From Intoshia linei (lineage: Eukaryota; Animalia; Orthonectida), in NCBI GenBank assembly GCA_001642005.1, contig LWCA01000081.1, forward strand, positions 1 to 58,594: 58,594 nt of DNA, given 5' to 3'. Shown piece by piece: positions 13,701 through 26,889 of the stretch. Each line of letters opens with the position of its first letter. Position 1 is the first letter of the stretch. The position numbers and the translations under genes were made by a program. The notes under the pieces are model-generated. The model ran no database searches. It was not told the DNA's origin and was given only the letters and a program-made list of their open reading frames with translations.

Positions 13701-15381
13701 TCACATAATATATATACTACTTTAATATATATTATCAATATGATTTTATATTAAAATACCATGGATACACGTAGTAGCAGTTATACTTAGTATCAATGAG
13801 CAAAAAATTACATTAATTAATTTTTTATTTGATTTTAAATAAGGAAATAAAAAAATCAAAGAAAATCAGGTGTGTTTTATATAGGAAATTAAAATTGCGT
13901 GCGACACGTCATTCCTGGTAAAAAAAAAAATTTTTTTTGATTATGTGCTCATGATCAAAACTTCACAACTTGTGACCTAAAGTTGTTACCAATGACTAAA
14001 TTAACAGTCCAAGAGTTGTAAAAATCACCAATTTCAGGAAAGTTTATTTTTGAGAGTGTTTTATCGTAAATTTTAATATCAGAAATTTTCATCATCACGC
14101 TAAGAAGCATAAATACCATTACGATATTTCTGTAATACAAATATTAATACCAAATATCAATTGTCATTATTTTTGAATTTGCAGAATGAAAATTTAAATT
14201 TTAATTCAAAAATTTGAAAAATATTTGGTTGATAATTATCAACTTACACATATTAGGTTATCTGATAAGTATCGTATGATATATGCTATTAAACTTTTGA
14301 GGTTCAAATTTTTTACCCAAATTTGATTTCAAAATTATATTCCAAATTTTTAAAATTGATAGTTATCCACCAATAATATGCTAAAATTTATTTTTAACCA
14401 GGAATCCGTAAATTTCTGAGGTTCAAATTTTTAAGCCAAATTTGGTGCCAAGATGAATTTTCAAAATCTTTAAAAATTGGGCTTAAAAAAAAAAATCACA
14501 AAAAATTTTAATATAATTACCAAATAAAAAAAATCAACAAAGTGACTTTTTGACCGTGAATACGTCAATTTGTATAATTAATTTTTGTTGTATAAGTTAA
14601 TTGGAAATAACTCTATTTATACGTTTTGTGATTTTTTTAAATTCTAAGATTCTGTTTATATTTTAAAAAAAGGTAACGTGTTGGTTTGATCTTGAAACAG
14701 CAAGTTTTAAAGGTTGTGACTTATGATAATGGTCATGATTTTCAAAACCTTATTATTTCGTATTATTTTGATCTTATTCTCATTGGTGCAAAATAATGAA
14801 TATTTGAATGTATTCAAAATTAAAATTAATACAAGTGTTTAAAATTTAAATGATAGATCAAACATCATGACTACATTTAATTTAAACTTAATAATAATAA
14901 TATATGCTTTAAAATCTACATTGTAAAATACTTTGTGTAGTTACAAAATTATTGAATGAGTATAGAATGAGAAAACCCTCGAGACGATTTGAGATTAACG
15001 GACAGTTAGCTTTGGTCAATAAACATAAAAAGAATAAAATGAATTTACTATTCCTCCAATTTTTGAGTTTCTAACAGCTTGTAAAGTTCCTGGTTCGAGA
15101 TCAATAAGAATAGCTCTAGGAACATGCCTCGTACCTTTGATTTGAAGTATAAAAAAGTTTTTTTAAAAAAACCTGCCGTTTCATTAAAGTATACATTGAG
15201 TCCGTCTTTGCAAATTTGGTTATCCCCGACGAAAACGCCATCATTGTCTAGTTGGTGTTCAGCGGCTATACCTTCCCAAAACTAAAACATAAAAATCATG
15301 CAAGGTCAAATATAGGCGTCCTACCATAGTTCCTATTTGATTTCCACATTGTCCTACTTGTAAAGTGATAATATCTGGCAT
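10765..15381 (-). CDS. TUBB: Beta-tubulin, divergent; multi-exon with a ~2.7 kb intron (12312-15048)
   Basis: Motifs [57 protein letters not shown] and [19 protein letters not shown], with an acidic tail ending YDTEE*. Confidence 0.96.
12968..13238. mobile_element. hAT-type MITE (CAGAGCCGAACCTA family)
   Basis: Imperfect TIRs cagagccgacccta and taagttcggcactg. 8-bp flanks agtgtatc/agtgtacc match 7/8. Related copies at 30242-30454 and near 6810-7075, 10530-10670, 21370-21570, 29360-29610 and 36420-36680. Confidence 0.75.
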
Positions 15382-15887
15382 GAAAATTGGAGAATATAAA
15401 AATGTTTACTTTATACCTAACTGTAATAGTTTATTAAAATTAATAAATAACAGATTAATGTCGTTTAAAATATATTAATTTTACAATAACATTATTTAAA
15501 AAATACTTTAATGAGTAAATTAACAAATACTTTGATATTCAGCTGCGCAGAACTTTTATGAATGTCAACAATATTTAATGTTTACTTAAATCATCTCGTA
15601 CATGTTGATTTATTATTTCGAGTGTCTGAATTGCCATGAGTTTTGTATAAAGTTGAACATAACCAGTCATACATCTGTTTAAACATTATCGTTTAATTAC
15701 AACTTCCCAGAACCCAATAATTATACAAGGGTTTGTAAAGTTCTAATTCTGAATAACCATATTTAGAAATTATCAAACATTTTTGAAAAATTGGTATGTA
15801 AACATGTGTCCTGATGTTACAATATATAATTTAACCTTTATATATTTATTAATTATTTTAAAATGTTTCGTATAAATATATTTAGAT

Positions 15888-18073
15888 ATGAAACAAAAAG
15901 TAATAATGTTTATGGTGGGTTTGTTATATTCGTTAATTTTGCTGTCTATATACTTTCATGACATTTATTGTCCAATTTCCACCAAAAATCAAATAATTAT
16001 TTATTCTATTTCTGGTTTTTTTTCAAGTAACGCATGACTTATATATTGCATTTTTGTTTAGTCTTTGTGAGCCAAGTGTATTCGTATGCCGATCAGAAAA
16101 TGTTGGGTATTATTAAATACATCGATTTGACTAAACTCATAAAAGGTATAAGCATGTTCATAGGAATTAATCATGCCATGTCGGTAAACACTTTAAACAA
16201 TATAACATTACAGTTTATTCAAGATAATTAATTTTTCAGAAAATGATATTTTACAGTCAACTTGATTTGTATTTATGTTTGGTACCATTATCTATTGGAT
16301 TATGGTGGATTACTGATCGTTCTTACCATGGTTTGTTTATATCGTGCATTTTGGCAATGATTTTATTTTATGCTTTGGACAACAATATTCACAAATATAT
16401 GCAAATTGAGTAAATAATTTTGTTTTATTTATATAATTTTTACATACAGTCGAAAAAATATATTAACAAAAATTTATTTTCTAATATATATAATATACTA
16501 GCTTGACTGTTATATATTTTGTATAAGAAGGAGCTAGCTCTATCGAACTTTAAACGGTCTCAATATTTGGTAGGGTTTTTAAGGAAAAATTTTTTTCACT
16601 CAGTTTTTAAAGATTTTGAAAATGCCATAAAATGTTAAAAATATTCTCTCAAAACCCTACAAAATTTTTATTCTAAAATTATCTCAAAATCTTTAAAAAA
16701 TGTAGATAAAAATATTCCCTTAAAAATTCTACAAATTTTGGTCATTGTTTATTGGTCATTAGGTTAAAGAAACCTTGAATAAACCACAAAAAGATTGTCA
16801 AAAATACGTCGTTCTAAGGTGTATTGTTCTCACAATACATTGCTCAAATGAATGTTCGCTATTCAATTTCTTTATTTACATTTGATTTAGTTCTGAATGC
16901 AATAACATACTCAACTATGGTTTGAAAAGTCATTATATCGATATCGCCATCATCCAAATTATAATTTACTACATCTTTCATGGTTATACTTTGTTATGTG
17001 TACAATTGTAAGAAAAAAACAACTCAATAACAGTGTAAATTTCATTTTATCGAGTCCGAAAACAATTTGTAACTCATATGTATTTGTGAAAAAATAATTA
17101 ATATATTTACTTCATAAGCATACATGTCTTGCATGTAATGTATATACAATTTTAACTATAAGATTCAATAATAATATTAAAGAACATATACAAAGTGTAT
17201 TTATTACTCAAAATAAAATCAACCCTAAAAAGACTTTTTCATCAATATAAATGTACATTGTGGGACAAAAAGTTTTGTAACAAATTTAAATTGAGCATAT
17301 AGCTTTAAAATTTGGATGTAAATTTTCACTTTACAAGGATAAGATGAACATTAAGCTGTAAAATTATAGTTGCATACTAGGTCGAATGTTTTGTACTTGT
17401 TATGTTCGTACAAACAGGATTTAGCTCTGCCGAGGGCGAACTTTTTTAATTCTACATAAAAAAATTAATGCAATAATAAAATATTACTTAAAAATGCTAC
17501 TAATCACTATTATCAATCTTTTAAAGCAGTGGTTTCGAAACTTGTTTCACCATGAACCCTTTAAATTTTTTTTTTGTAGTTTCGAAATAAAAAAAATGAA
17601 TACTAAAGTGCTTATTCGACCGTGAAGGCGTCACTTTGTCAGATTGAAATTTTTTATGTGTTAACTAGATATAACTGTGTCAACTATATTTTTTATAAAT
17701 ACTAGGACTATTTTCATTTTTTAAAAAAAGGGTAATCTGGATATTCATCGTGAAAATTCACTTTGTTGGATTTATAATAATATTTATGATTTTTTTACCG
17801 CATTTAAATTTTAAGTTTCTGGGACTTTTAGTTTTTAAAATTAATAGTAAGAAAATATATTGAATATAATGTTACAATAAAAAAATTAGAATGCCTCAAA
17901 GCTGTAATAATCAATTTATACACAATTGGCTTCCATTCTTGCTATTTGGAGCAATTACAATGTTAGGGAGTATTTCAAGAGAATTACAGTTTTATGTATG
18001 TTTTATAATTCAGAAATATAAATTAGTCTATTCATCTAAATTAGCTGTTTCATGGGTTTTACAGGGGTCATAA
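15888..18073 (+). CDS. INSIG: Insulin-induced gene protein (INSIG) homolog; multi-exon, start uncertain
   Basis: GISMFIGINHAMS resembles INSIG IAVFVGINHASA. LVPLSIGLWWITDRS (~16280-16325) resembles LAALSLGLWWTFDRS. FIHNWLPFLLFGAITMLGSISREL (~17915-17985) resembles [24 protein letters not shown]. The motifs are in the correct order and separated by GT-AG introns. Confidence 0.8.
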
Positions 18074-18494
18074 TAATAATATTATTATTAAAATTTTCAG
18101 CTAAATTTTCAACACGTGGCAGTAGTTGCAAATCTTTGTATTTTCTTTTTATAACTTAACAATTTAAATTTTTTTACAAAACTCTAAAAATTTCAAACAT
18201 ATTTAATAATGTATTTCGGAAAAGTTAACAATACGTCGGATGACATTTGAAGATGGCTATATATTTTGAACATACACAATAAAAAACCCCACGTATAAAA
18301 ACTCATATTAAAGAATATTTAACCAATATTAAGAGAACCATTTGAATATCCCGAAGAGTTGCTTTTATTCGTAGTTAAAATAAAATGGATAATTATATTT
18401 TGGAAAAGTGGGTGTTTCCAGATTTCATTTAAATATTTTAACCTCCTTCGGTAATAGAAAGAACTTTATTTCAGGCTTAAATGTTAATTTAATA

Positions 18495-18652
18495 TAAAGT
18501 GGCCATAAAAAATACGTACTATCAATTTTAGTTTATTTGGTGTTTAATGTAAAGCCAAAACTACTTATTTATGATGATAAATAAAAATTTTCGGCTTAAA
18601 ATTTATTCCAAATAAACTAAAAGTGATAGTACGTATTTTTCTGGCCACTTTA
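18495..18652. mobile_element. Tc1/mariner-like MITE (about 45-bp inverted repeats, TA-flanked)
   Basis: taaagtggccataaaaatacgtactatcaattttagtttatttgg pairs with ccaaataaactaaaagtgatagtacgtatttttctggccacttta. Confidence 0.7.
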
Positions 18653-18723
18653 TTCAATAAGATAATATTAATTTTAGTTTTCCATGACGAAAACAAAAGA
18701 AAACTGAACAATACAAAAGCAAT

Positions 18724-21700
18724 TTATTGAACATAAATTTTTTCCTCACATCGTCGTTTTTGTACAATGGTTCCTGGTCTATTTTGGGCTTCTGGGTGAC
18801 TTGCTAATTCCATGGGACAAGTAGAAACGGGGCTTTCCTTAAGTAACAATTTCAAATCATAAAATACGGCGGCATCTTCCTTGGTAAGGAAAGTAATTGC
18901 ATGACCTTCTTTACCGGCTCTGCCTGTTCGTCCAATTCTGTGAACATAATCTAAATTATTATTAAAACTACTAATAGGCGTAGAATTCATAAATAGTCTA
19001 ATTAAACACTTTAACGACAAATTTAGATTTTACCAGTACCTAATCTAATAAATAGACCGGTAAAGAATTATATTTGCACACTGCACTTATCTAAATAGAC
19101 TCGTCGTTTTATGTAGTTTAAAAAATTTAATTTAATTTACCTTCAATAGATTTTGCCATGTCATAGTTTATAACAACTGAAACATCTTTAATATCGATAC
19201 CTCGACCAGCAACATCAGTGGCAACAAGAATGTCTTTATTTCCTTCTTTAAGAGATTGAAGTGCAAAATCCCTGGCATCCTGACTTTTTCCACCATGAAG
19301 AGTAGTAGTTCTATATTCCAATTTTTCCAAACCACGACATAACATATCGGCTCCTTTTTTCTGGTTAACAAAAATTATAATTGGTGGTTCGAATCCGGCA
19401 TTTAAAATTTCGAGTAACTTCTTTCTCTTCTTTGATGGTTCGATAAGGAATACAACTTGTTTAGTTCGTTCGGTTGGTTTGTTGATAGATCCAATTTGAA
19501 CCACTACTGGTCTACGGAGATAATTTTTGGCCATTCTCTCAACAGCTGGAGGCATAGTAGCTGTAAACATGACCGTTTGGCGGAACTTGCTTCTAGTATT
19601 ATAATTTTTTAATAAAATTTCCTCGTCTTCCGCGTCTTCGGTGTCTGGTTTCTGATTAGAAACTGGTAAAAGGTTTAATAGACGTTGTACATCAGTTTCA
19701 AACCCCATATCAATCATTCTGTCGGCCTCATCCATCACAATATATGTACATCGGAGTAATACAACATATCTGTTTTCAACGACATCCAAGAGACGACCAG
19801 GGGTAGCAATGACAATTTCACAACCTCTTCGAAGTTTAAAACCTTGTTCCTCTTTTGATAAACCACCCACGACAGAAACGGTACGTAAACCAAGAGGTTT
19901 AGCAAATTTTATAGTTTCTTCTTCAATCTGTTGAGCTAATTCTCTAGTTGGAGCTAATATAATAGCATATGGTCCTTCTTCAGCAGACGTTTCTCGTTCA
20001 TTGGTTGGTAAGTTTGTGATCCATACCAACAAAGGTATTATAAATGCGGCCGTTTTACCACTTCCTGTTTCAGCAATACCGATAATGTCTCTATTTTTCA
20101 TTCCAATAGGTATAGCTTGACGCTGAATTGGAGTTGGTTCAAGATAGCCTAAATTTCTTAAAATTTTGTCAATTTCATGTGGAAAATTGGCTTCCTTCCA
20201 GCTTCTTAATGGGTCAGCAATTCTACCACCTTTTACATTAATGTTGTAATCTTCTTTAAAAATGCGCCAATCCCGTTCCAACATGTCTTCGACGTCTTTT
20301 TCAGACCAGTGCCTATCAGCCCACAGCAGATCAGTCTCTTTTTTCATAACAGTCTTTAACCTACGTTTTTCCATATTTTTCTGCATATAAGTTCGTCTTT
20401 TAAATAATAAATCTCCATAAAATTCAGTTTGTTCCTTCTTTTGTTGTAAAAGATCAATACCAGCGACATAACCTCTACCGTAAAATTGAAGTGCATGTTT
20501 GTTCTTATAAACTGGATTATAATCAGTTGATGTATCGTCTCCTACATCCCAGTCAAAAACAAATTTTCTATCGTTTAATCTCCGAATTTTTTTCTTTTTT
20601 TTATCACCTCCAAGATATCTTGACTAAATGAAATATTTTTAATATACTACGCAATAACAACCTTTATCGATTTTTGTTCCATATCCAAATCCTCAACGTT
20701 TCGTTCTACTCCTGTAATGTCAGTTTTTGTACGTTCCATTCGTCGTTTGTATTCCAAATCTAAATTTTTAAAAATTTAATACATTAAAACAAAATTATAA
20801 ATCACCTTTATCACGACGAACGAAAATCCTCAATTTCTTTCGGTGTTCTTCAATAGCGTTTTTTCGTTTTTTAGCTTCCTCTTCACGTCTTTTAATTGCT
20901 TCATTTTCTCTTGCCGCACGAGTTAGAAAAACTGGCTAAATGTCGAATAATAAAATGTTTCAAATGATATAAACCTTTTCATTTCTTTCCTTTTCTTCTT
21001 GTTTAGATTTGATAATTTCTTCCAAAGATAATGGATTAACTTCATTTTTCCAGACACTCAATTTATCAGAATCTTTGCGATTTTTTTCTATTCTATTACA
21101 ATAAAAAATTAAAATTACTATTACATTACTGTTCCAAGATTAAATAATCGTCATTCGATTTAGGTTCAATGTTATATTTAAAAGAAGATCTGAATAGAAA
21201 ATTTAAACAAAATATAAACTGCATACTTTTTCTTTTTTTCTGTGTGGGGTCGTTTTCTAGATTTTTCTTTTTCTTCTGATGTTGCATGTCTATGTTTATC
21301 ATGAAGGCTGGATTTAACTTCTCTATAAAACTATATTAAATTCAATAAATTTACCACGGCTATCATTACATCCGAGCCTACCATGCTCAAGACCCTAAAA
21401 CTATTTCGCAAACAATGCAAAGATGGTATATAGCCCTAGATACCTCTCAACGGGCTAGATTTGATACATAAGATAGGTACATTCAAAAATATTATTTTCT
21501 TAAATGTCCAATTTGGATACACGAGTCACGAAGACCTCTAGGGTAAGGTAGGTTGGGTTCCGCTTATCTGGACCATATTTGAAATTTAAACAAGAGTTCA
21601 GGTTAAATTAGCCAACAAAAACTAAAAGCCAAAAAATCATTATACAGTTGAGTGTAAAGGTTAGGCCAGAGGTGGGGAACGTGTGGCCTTCTAAATAATT

Positions 21701-23230
21701 TGAATCATTTTTGATATAAAATTGTTTCAGAAAAATATTTGTAAAAGCGGTTTTTTCTTTAAGGGTTGGTAAAATTAGGTTATTTCTTTTGTAATCAGAT
21801 AGAGAGAGTTTTTCCTTAAAGATATAGGGATTAAGGATAATAATGAAATTATCTTCTCTGTTTGAAGAAAAGCCTGCCAAAGCCTAAAAGACAATGTAAA
21901 TGTGGTAGTATAATGGTATGGGCAGCATTTTTGATATGTGGAAAGACATAAATGGTGTGTTATATATGTGACATATATTGTCGTCAGAATTTAATTTTCA
22001 ATAATCTACTGCTATACAGGGCACCAATTTGATATACCAACAAGAGAATGCGCCCATCCATATATCAAGATCGACAAATGCATATTTTTAAAAAGTTAAT
22101 ATTTTATTTTTACCATGGCATTCTATGTAACCCGACGTCAATCTGATCGAAACCCTATCAGGTATTATGTCGAGAGCTGTCTACAACGACACACATTAAT
22201 ATTATATAGAAAACTTAAAACCCGCTATTACAAATGGCAAGGATGGTATTTATCCTGATTTCTTAAAAAACTGGTCAATTCAATAAATGACAGGATTTTT
22301 AGATAGATAAACACCAATCGATTTTTTTGCATCCATATTAAATTAATAATTTGTAAATATTAGTAAATAATTTAGTTTTTATGAAAAGTCGCCTTATTTT
22401 TGATAGTCTTTTAAAGGTTTTTATAAAACTGAAATATCGGGTCGCGTTATTTTTGAAACGAAGTGTAAGTCAATAAAAAATATTAATAATACTATAAAAT
22501 ACCAAATTTAGTCCAGCGCCTCCAAAAGTTAAAAATTTTCTGTCGCCCCCTAATATCTCCAGTGCCCCTATGTGGGCGCTACCGCCCATGTTAGGAATCA
22601 CTGGATCATACAATTTAGGGTGCGTTGGTTAATGTTTAATTATATATAAATTATGGATTATTAAATTGAAACCTAGATTCCTTTTTATCGTCTTTAATCG
22701 ATTCAGAAGGTACAGAATCGTGCTTAACGATACCAACAGTAGATTTTATTCTATCAGGTTTACTGTCAGATTTGACACATTTAGCAACAGAATTTAATCT
22801 TTCTCTTTTATTACTAGTGCCGCCATCACCCTTGTTTTCTTTACACGATTTTTCACCTTAAAAATAAAGTAATGTAAAATTATAAATCTCACTAAAAATA
22901 TATTTGTCTTTTATATTTTTATTTTGTACAATTACAGAGACTTAAAAGATTAATACTAAAATAAAAAATATTACCGGGTTTAGTCGATATATATTCGTCT
23001 AAATGAATTTGATCAGATTTTACATTCTTTTCATTAACTAAAAATAATTCACGATTAATTAAAAATCAAATACAATGTACCTTTTAATTGGTGTTTCAGT
23101 TTTAACGAATCATTCAAAACATTTAAATTGTTACAATCTTTATTTGATTTTAATGCATTATTATCATCAACCTCTTCCCTAAATAAATTTATAATACATT
23201 ACATTTTAGTAATGTGGTTTTAGTTTTACT
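18724..23230 (-). CDS. DDX23: DEAD-box helicase DDX23/Prp28 (U5-100K). The conserved part lies at 18724-21100; the extent of the 5' charged exons is approximate.
   Basis: Motifs [60 protein letters not shown] and HPEAQNRPG. Confidence 0.93.
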
Positions 23231-23397
23231 CTAAAATCAAATTAAAAAAATTACATTTTAAAATTAACAAATAAATTGACTTCAAATTGAAATTATGTTT
23301 CCATATACCTATTTATAAATTTGTATATTGCTGAAAATATTTAAAGAGTTAAAAATCACTATTATCACTGTTCTACGTATTCATATACTTATTCCTT

Positions 23398-24388
23398 ATG
23401 AATTTTTTCAAAATCTTACGACCCATTCGATTGCAAATTTTATGTTTTGCTAAATCTTGCCGTATTATAAAATCAGAAAATTCTAAAACTTCCACTTTGA
23501 CTCATACTGGTCATGTAATTGTAAATTTACATTCTTTATTTAACAAATTATCAGGATTACGACGCGGATGATAAACGAAATGTTTTATTTGTGGATGGCC
23601 CAAAATATGTACTTATTATTATGTTGGGTATATTGTACAATATTTTGCATTAGGTAAATCCACGACATGCTATAGATTTCATCACTAAAGATCCAGTCGT
23701 ATTATGTGATAATCCTAAAGTTTACAGTCACAGTGGCGGTGCACTGGGACATCCAAAAGTTTTTATTAATTTGGTAATTTTATTTATAGTGGTTTATTTG
23801 TGTTGGTTGTATATGTTGAAACATTATATATATTTTATACTTTAACGTCAACATATTTTCTGTTAGTTAATCAAATGAAAAATTTTGAAATTATGTCCAA
23901 CGTTCTTTGTATTGTTATTGACAATATTCTTAAATCCAACCATTTTTACTAAAAATCACTTTTACCAACATTAAAGGAAAAAATCCAGTTTTACCAACCC
24001 TTAGGAGAAAAATTCAGTCTTACCAAGCCTAAAATGAAAGAATCAGTTTTACTAACCCTTAAGTGAAAATTCCAATTTTCCAAACTTTAAAACTGGAATT
24101 TTCCCTAAAAGTTTGGTAAAACTGATTTTTTCATTTTAGGGTTGGTAAATTTAAATTTTTAGTAAAAATGGTTGTATTTAAGTAGACACCCATTGTTATT
24201 AATAATTAAAAATTTAGACTAGAGGTGGAATTCAAATTTGTGGTTATAGTGGCCAAAAATTTGTTTTGAAATCAGAATATAATGAAAATATGGGAAAATC
24301 TATATCTTATGAAGAATTTATATCAAAGATTCAACGTCCTGACCAAGAATATCCAAACTTTTCAAATGACTATTCAAAATACAAATAA
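23398..24388 (+). CDS. NDUFS6: NADH dehydrogenase Fe-S protein 6 (complex I 13 kDa, zf-CHCC family), 4 exons
   Basis: Basic mitochondrial-type leader followed by THTGH, VNPRHAIDFI, GGALGHPKVFINL and ICGYSGQKF. Not in the ORF track because the exons are short. Confidence 0.88.
23925..24191. mobile_element. Foldback-type element with internal tandem subrepeats, in an NDUFS6 intron
   Basis: cttaaatccaaccatttttactaaaaat pairs with tttttagtaaaaatggttgtatttaag. Repeated ttttaccaac/ttggtaaaa units. Confidence 0.65.
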
Positions 24389-24896
24389 ACATTAACAAAT
24401 TTGTTAATAAATTTACAATATTGTAGGCTTATTCTTATTGAATCTTTTCAGGAATAACTCAGCTTACATTTTAATATTTTTTTAAAATTTTAGCTTTTCG
24501 GTTTAGTTTAAAATTATACAATCGAATATATTGTACACTACTTGCCAATCTCGAGAAATCAAGGTTTTTGCGAATATAAAACCCAAGTTTGCACTGTTGA
24601 ATAATTTAGTGTATACATCTTCTGTTTAATTATATTTTTAATTAATTTTATTAATATGATATACATATTAGTATGGATAAATTTACTATTGTTTAAACTT
24701 TAAACATAATGTTTTCCGTAGAAGACAAGAAGGTCCCGTCATATGCAAGGGTCTCTGAAAACACCTATAAAAGGCCTATTGGCATCTCTACATTTATTCT
24801 TAACGAAGAGACTTTTTTTACAGTAGGTGTATAGTCTCGATTCGCTATACATTTTATTCTAGATTACTAGATTAGATTAAATTTATTAACAAATTA

Positions 24897-25507
24897 CTAG
24901 ATTGACTGTTAATCACTACGTACAAACAGCACCTAGCTCTGCCAAGGGTGGAAATTTTTATTGTACCAAAAAATATATTCAATAAGAAAATCAAACTTAA
25001 AAATTTTTTTTTTTACTTTTAGAAATCTTAATTATTTCCAATTTTTTGTTGATAAAATAGTTTTGAAATAAAAAAAATGAATACTATAGTGCTCTTTTAA
25101 CCGTAAAGCGTCACTTTATTAGATTAAAATTTTTTGATTGTGTTAACGGATATAACTATCCCAGAATTTAATTTATATAAAATTCTAGGCCTTTTTTCAT
25201 TTATACAAAAAAGGGTAATTTATGGTTTTGGCCGTAAAGATATAAGATTTTGAAATTGAAAATAATTATATTCTTGATGATTTTAAAATCTTAAACAGAT
25301 TTTATATTTTTTATAACATAGGACGGGCTTGAATTTAAAAAAAAAAATTAGGGTTTTGATCTTGAAAGACTCAATTTCTGAAAATGAAATTTGCGATAAA
25401 ACAACACTCTTGAATTTTTGAAACTCGACTCCAGTTACTTTCATAAATAAATTGTAACAGACATCTATTTTTACATTTTTAACTAAATTACTTTATATAT
25501 GTAAAGA
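24897..25507 (-). mobile_element. Non-autonomous Helitron-like element
   Basis: On the minus strand the 5' end is A|TC and the 3' end is CTAG|T, with a subterminal GC-richer motif. Homologous segments recur across the window. Confidence 0.65.
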
Positions 25508-26889
25508 TTTTTTATAAATTCGCATTATGCGAAAAAATGACAAAATTATTCCATAATTGCATGGGAGATAATAAATATTAACCTATCTATTAATTTTTAT
25601 AAATGTATAGTAGTTTAAAAAGGTAAACACGTTCAAAAAGAAATCATTTTTTTCTAAAAAAGGACAATCTAATAGTGATTTTTCGGGATATTTTTTTGTG
25701 TAGTCGAATTTTTTCAAATAGTCACTTTGTAGAAGACCGAAAAATAATTATCCCAAAATCGTTTTTTTAAAACTCTACGCCTTTCAATTTCTTATCTGGT
25801 TACAAACAGATGTACATTTTTAACTAACATACATTAAACAAGGAATATCTTGATTTTTATATATTTTTTACAAATACAACTAGCTCTGCCGAGGGTAGAC
25901 TTTTTAATTTTAAGATTGATTTTTTAATTTATTATAGATAATGTCTGGATGATGTTAAAGACAATCGAATTATAGCTACCTGTTTTACAAATTTTTTATA
26001 TTTGTTCAACGAAAAGCTGTATTAATCTGCTGTATGTGATTTTTTTTAAATTAGTTAACTGTTAATTAATTAATTAATTAGTTAATTGTAACATTACTTT
26101 ATATCAGGCATTCTCAATTCTTTTTCACTGTGGACCAAGATGATATTACAAAAAACCTGTAGACCCCAAAAAAATTAATAATAACGACAATTTTTAATGA
26201 ATCATTACATTAGGGTGAAACGAATGATGGCCAAAAGACATGGAGTACTCTATTTGGGCCAGGTGATAAACTTGATGAACTATTAATATTAACCTTTAAC
26301 TCGTCAATGTTCCCAAAATGGAACATGTTTTTCAGGTATTGTTTACAGTAAATTATTAAATGTTTACTACATATTTTATCAGATCAATAAAAAGTCTATA
26401 TTATATATTTTCCTTGTAAAAAATTAATATTTTATATCCCTTGGTTGATGTTTCATAGAATTATGAATATTGACTGACTTTTTGTCCCATTTTCAATTTG
26501 AAATTTAAAACTTTTTTTTATGACTAGAAACTTGGCTCGGTCATAAATTTTAATAAAATAATTAAATAAAAACGCTGCTCCTAAAATAGAATAATGGAGA
26601 TTTCCCAATAAATTTATACACTTGTAAGTAATTTAATACCAAAGAATTTACTTTTACATGATTGTCACGTTTTATATTAGTATTTCTGAGCTTTTGTGTT
26701 TTAAAAATGACTTTATGTTACTGAAAATATATAATATGTAATAAATGAATATAATTTTCATGGACCCCCAAAAAAGTGCTGTGGACCCCAAGGGGTCGAC
26801 CCCGTTGAGAATGGCTGATTTATATAAGTAAGGATAATAAGACAAAAAAATCTGTATAACGTAGGAATAAATTTTTTATTAAATTTTTT

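Noticed and set aside
13955-14140. 61-aa ORF with a hydrophobic start inside the tubulin intron
   Set aside because: Non-ATG start and no recognisable motif; insufficient support.
19168-19371. Overlapping or antisense short ORFs (also 28268-28639, 37069-37290, 41967-42152, 45893-46111, 47665-47898)
   Set aside because: Shadows of real coding regions.
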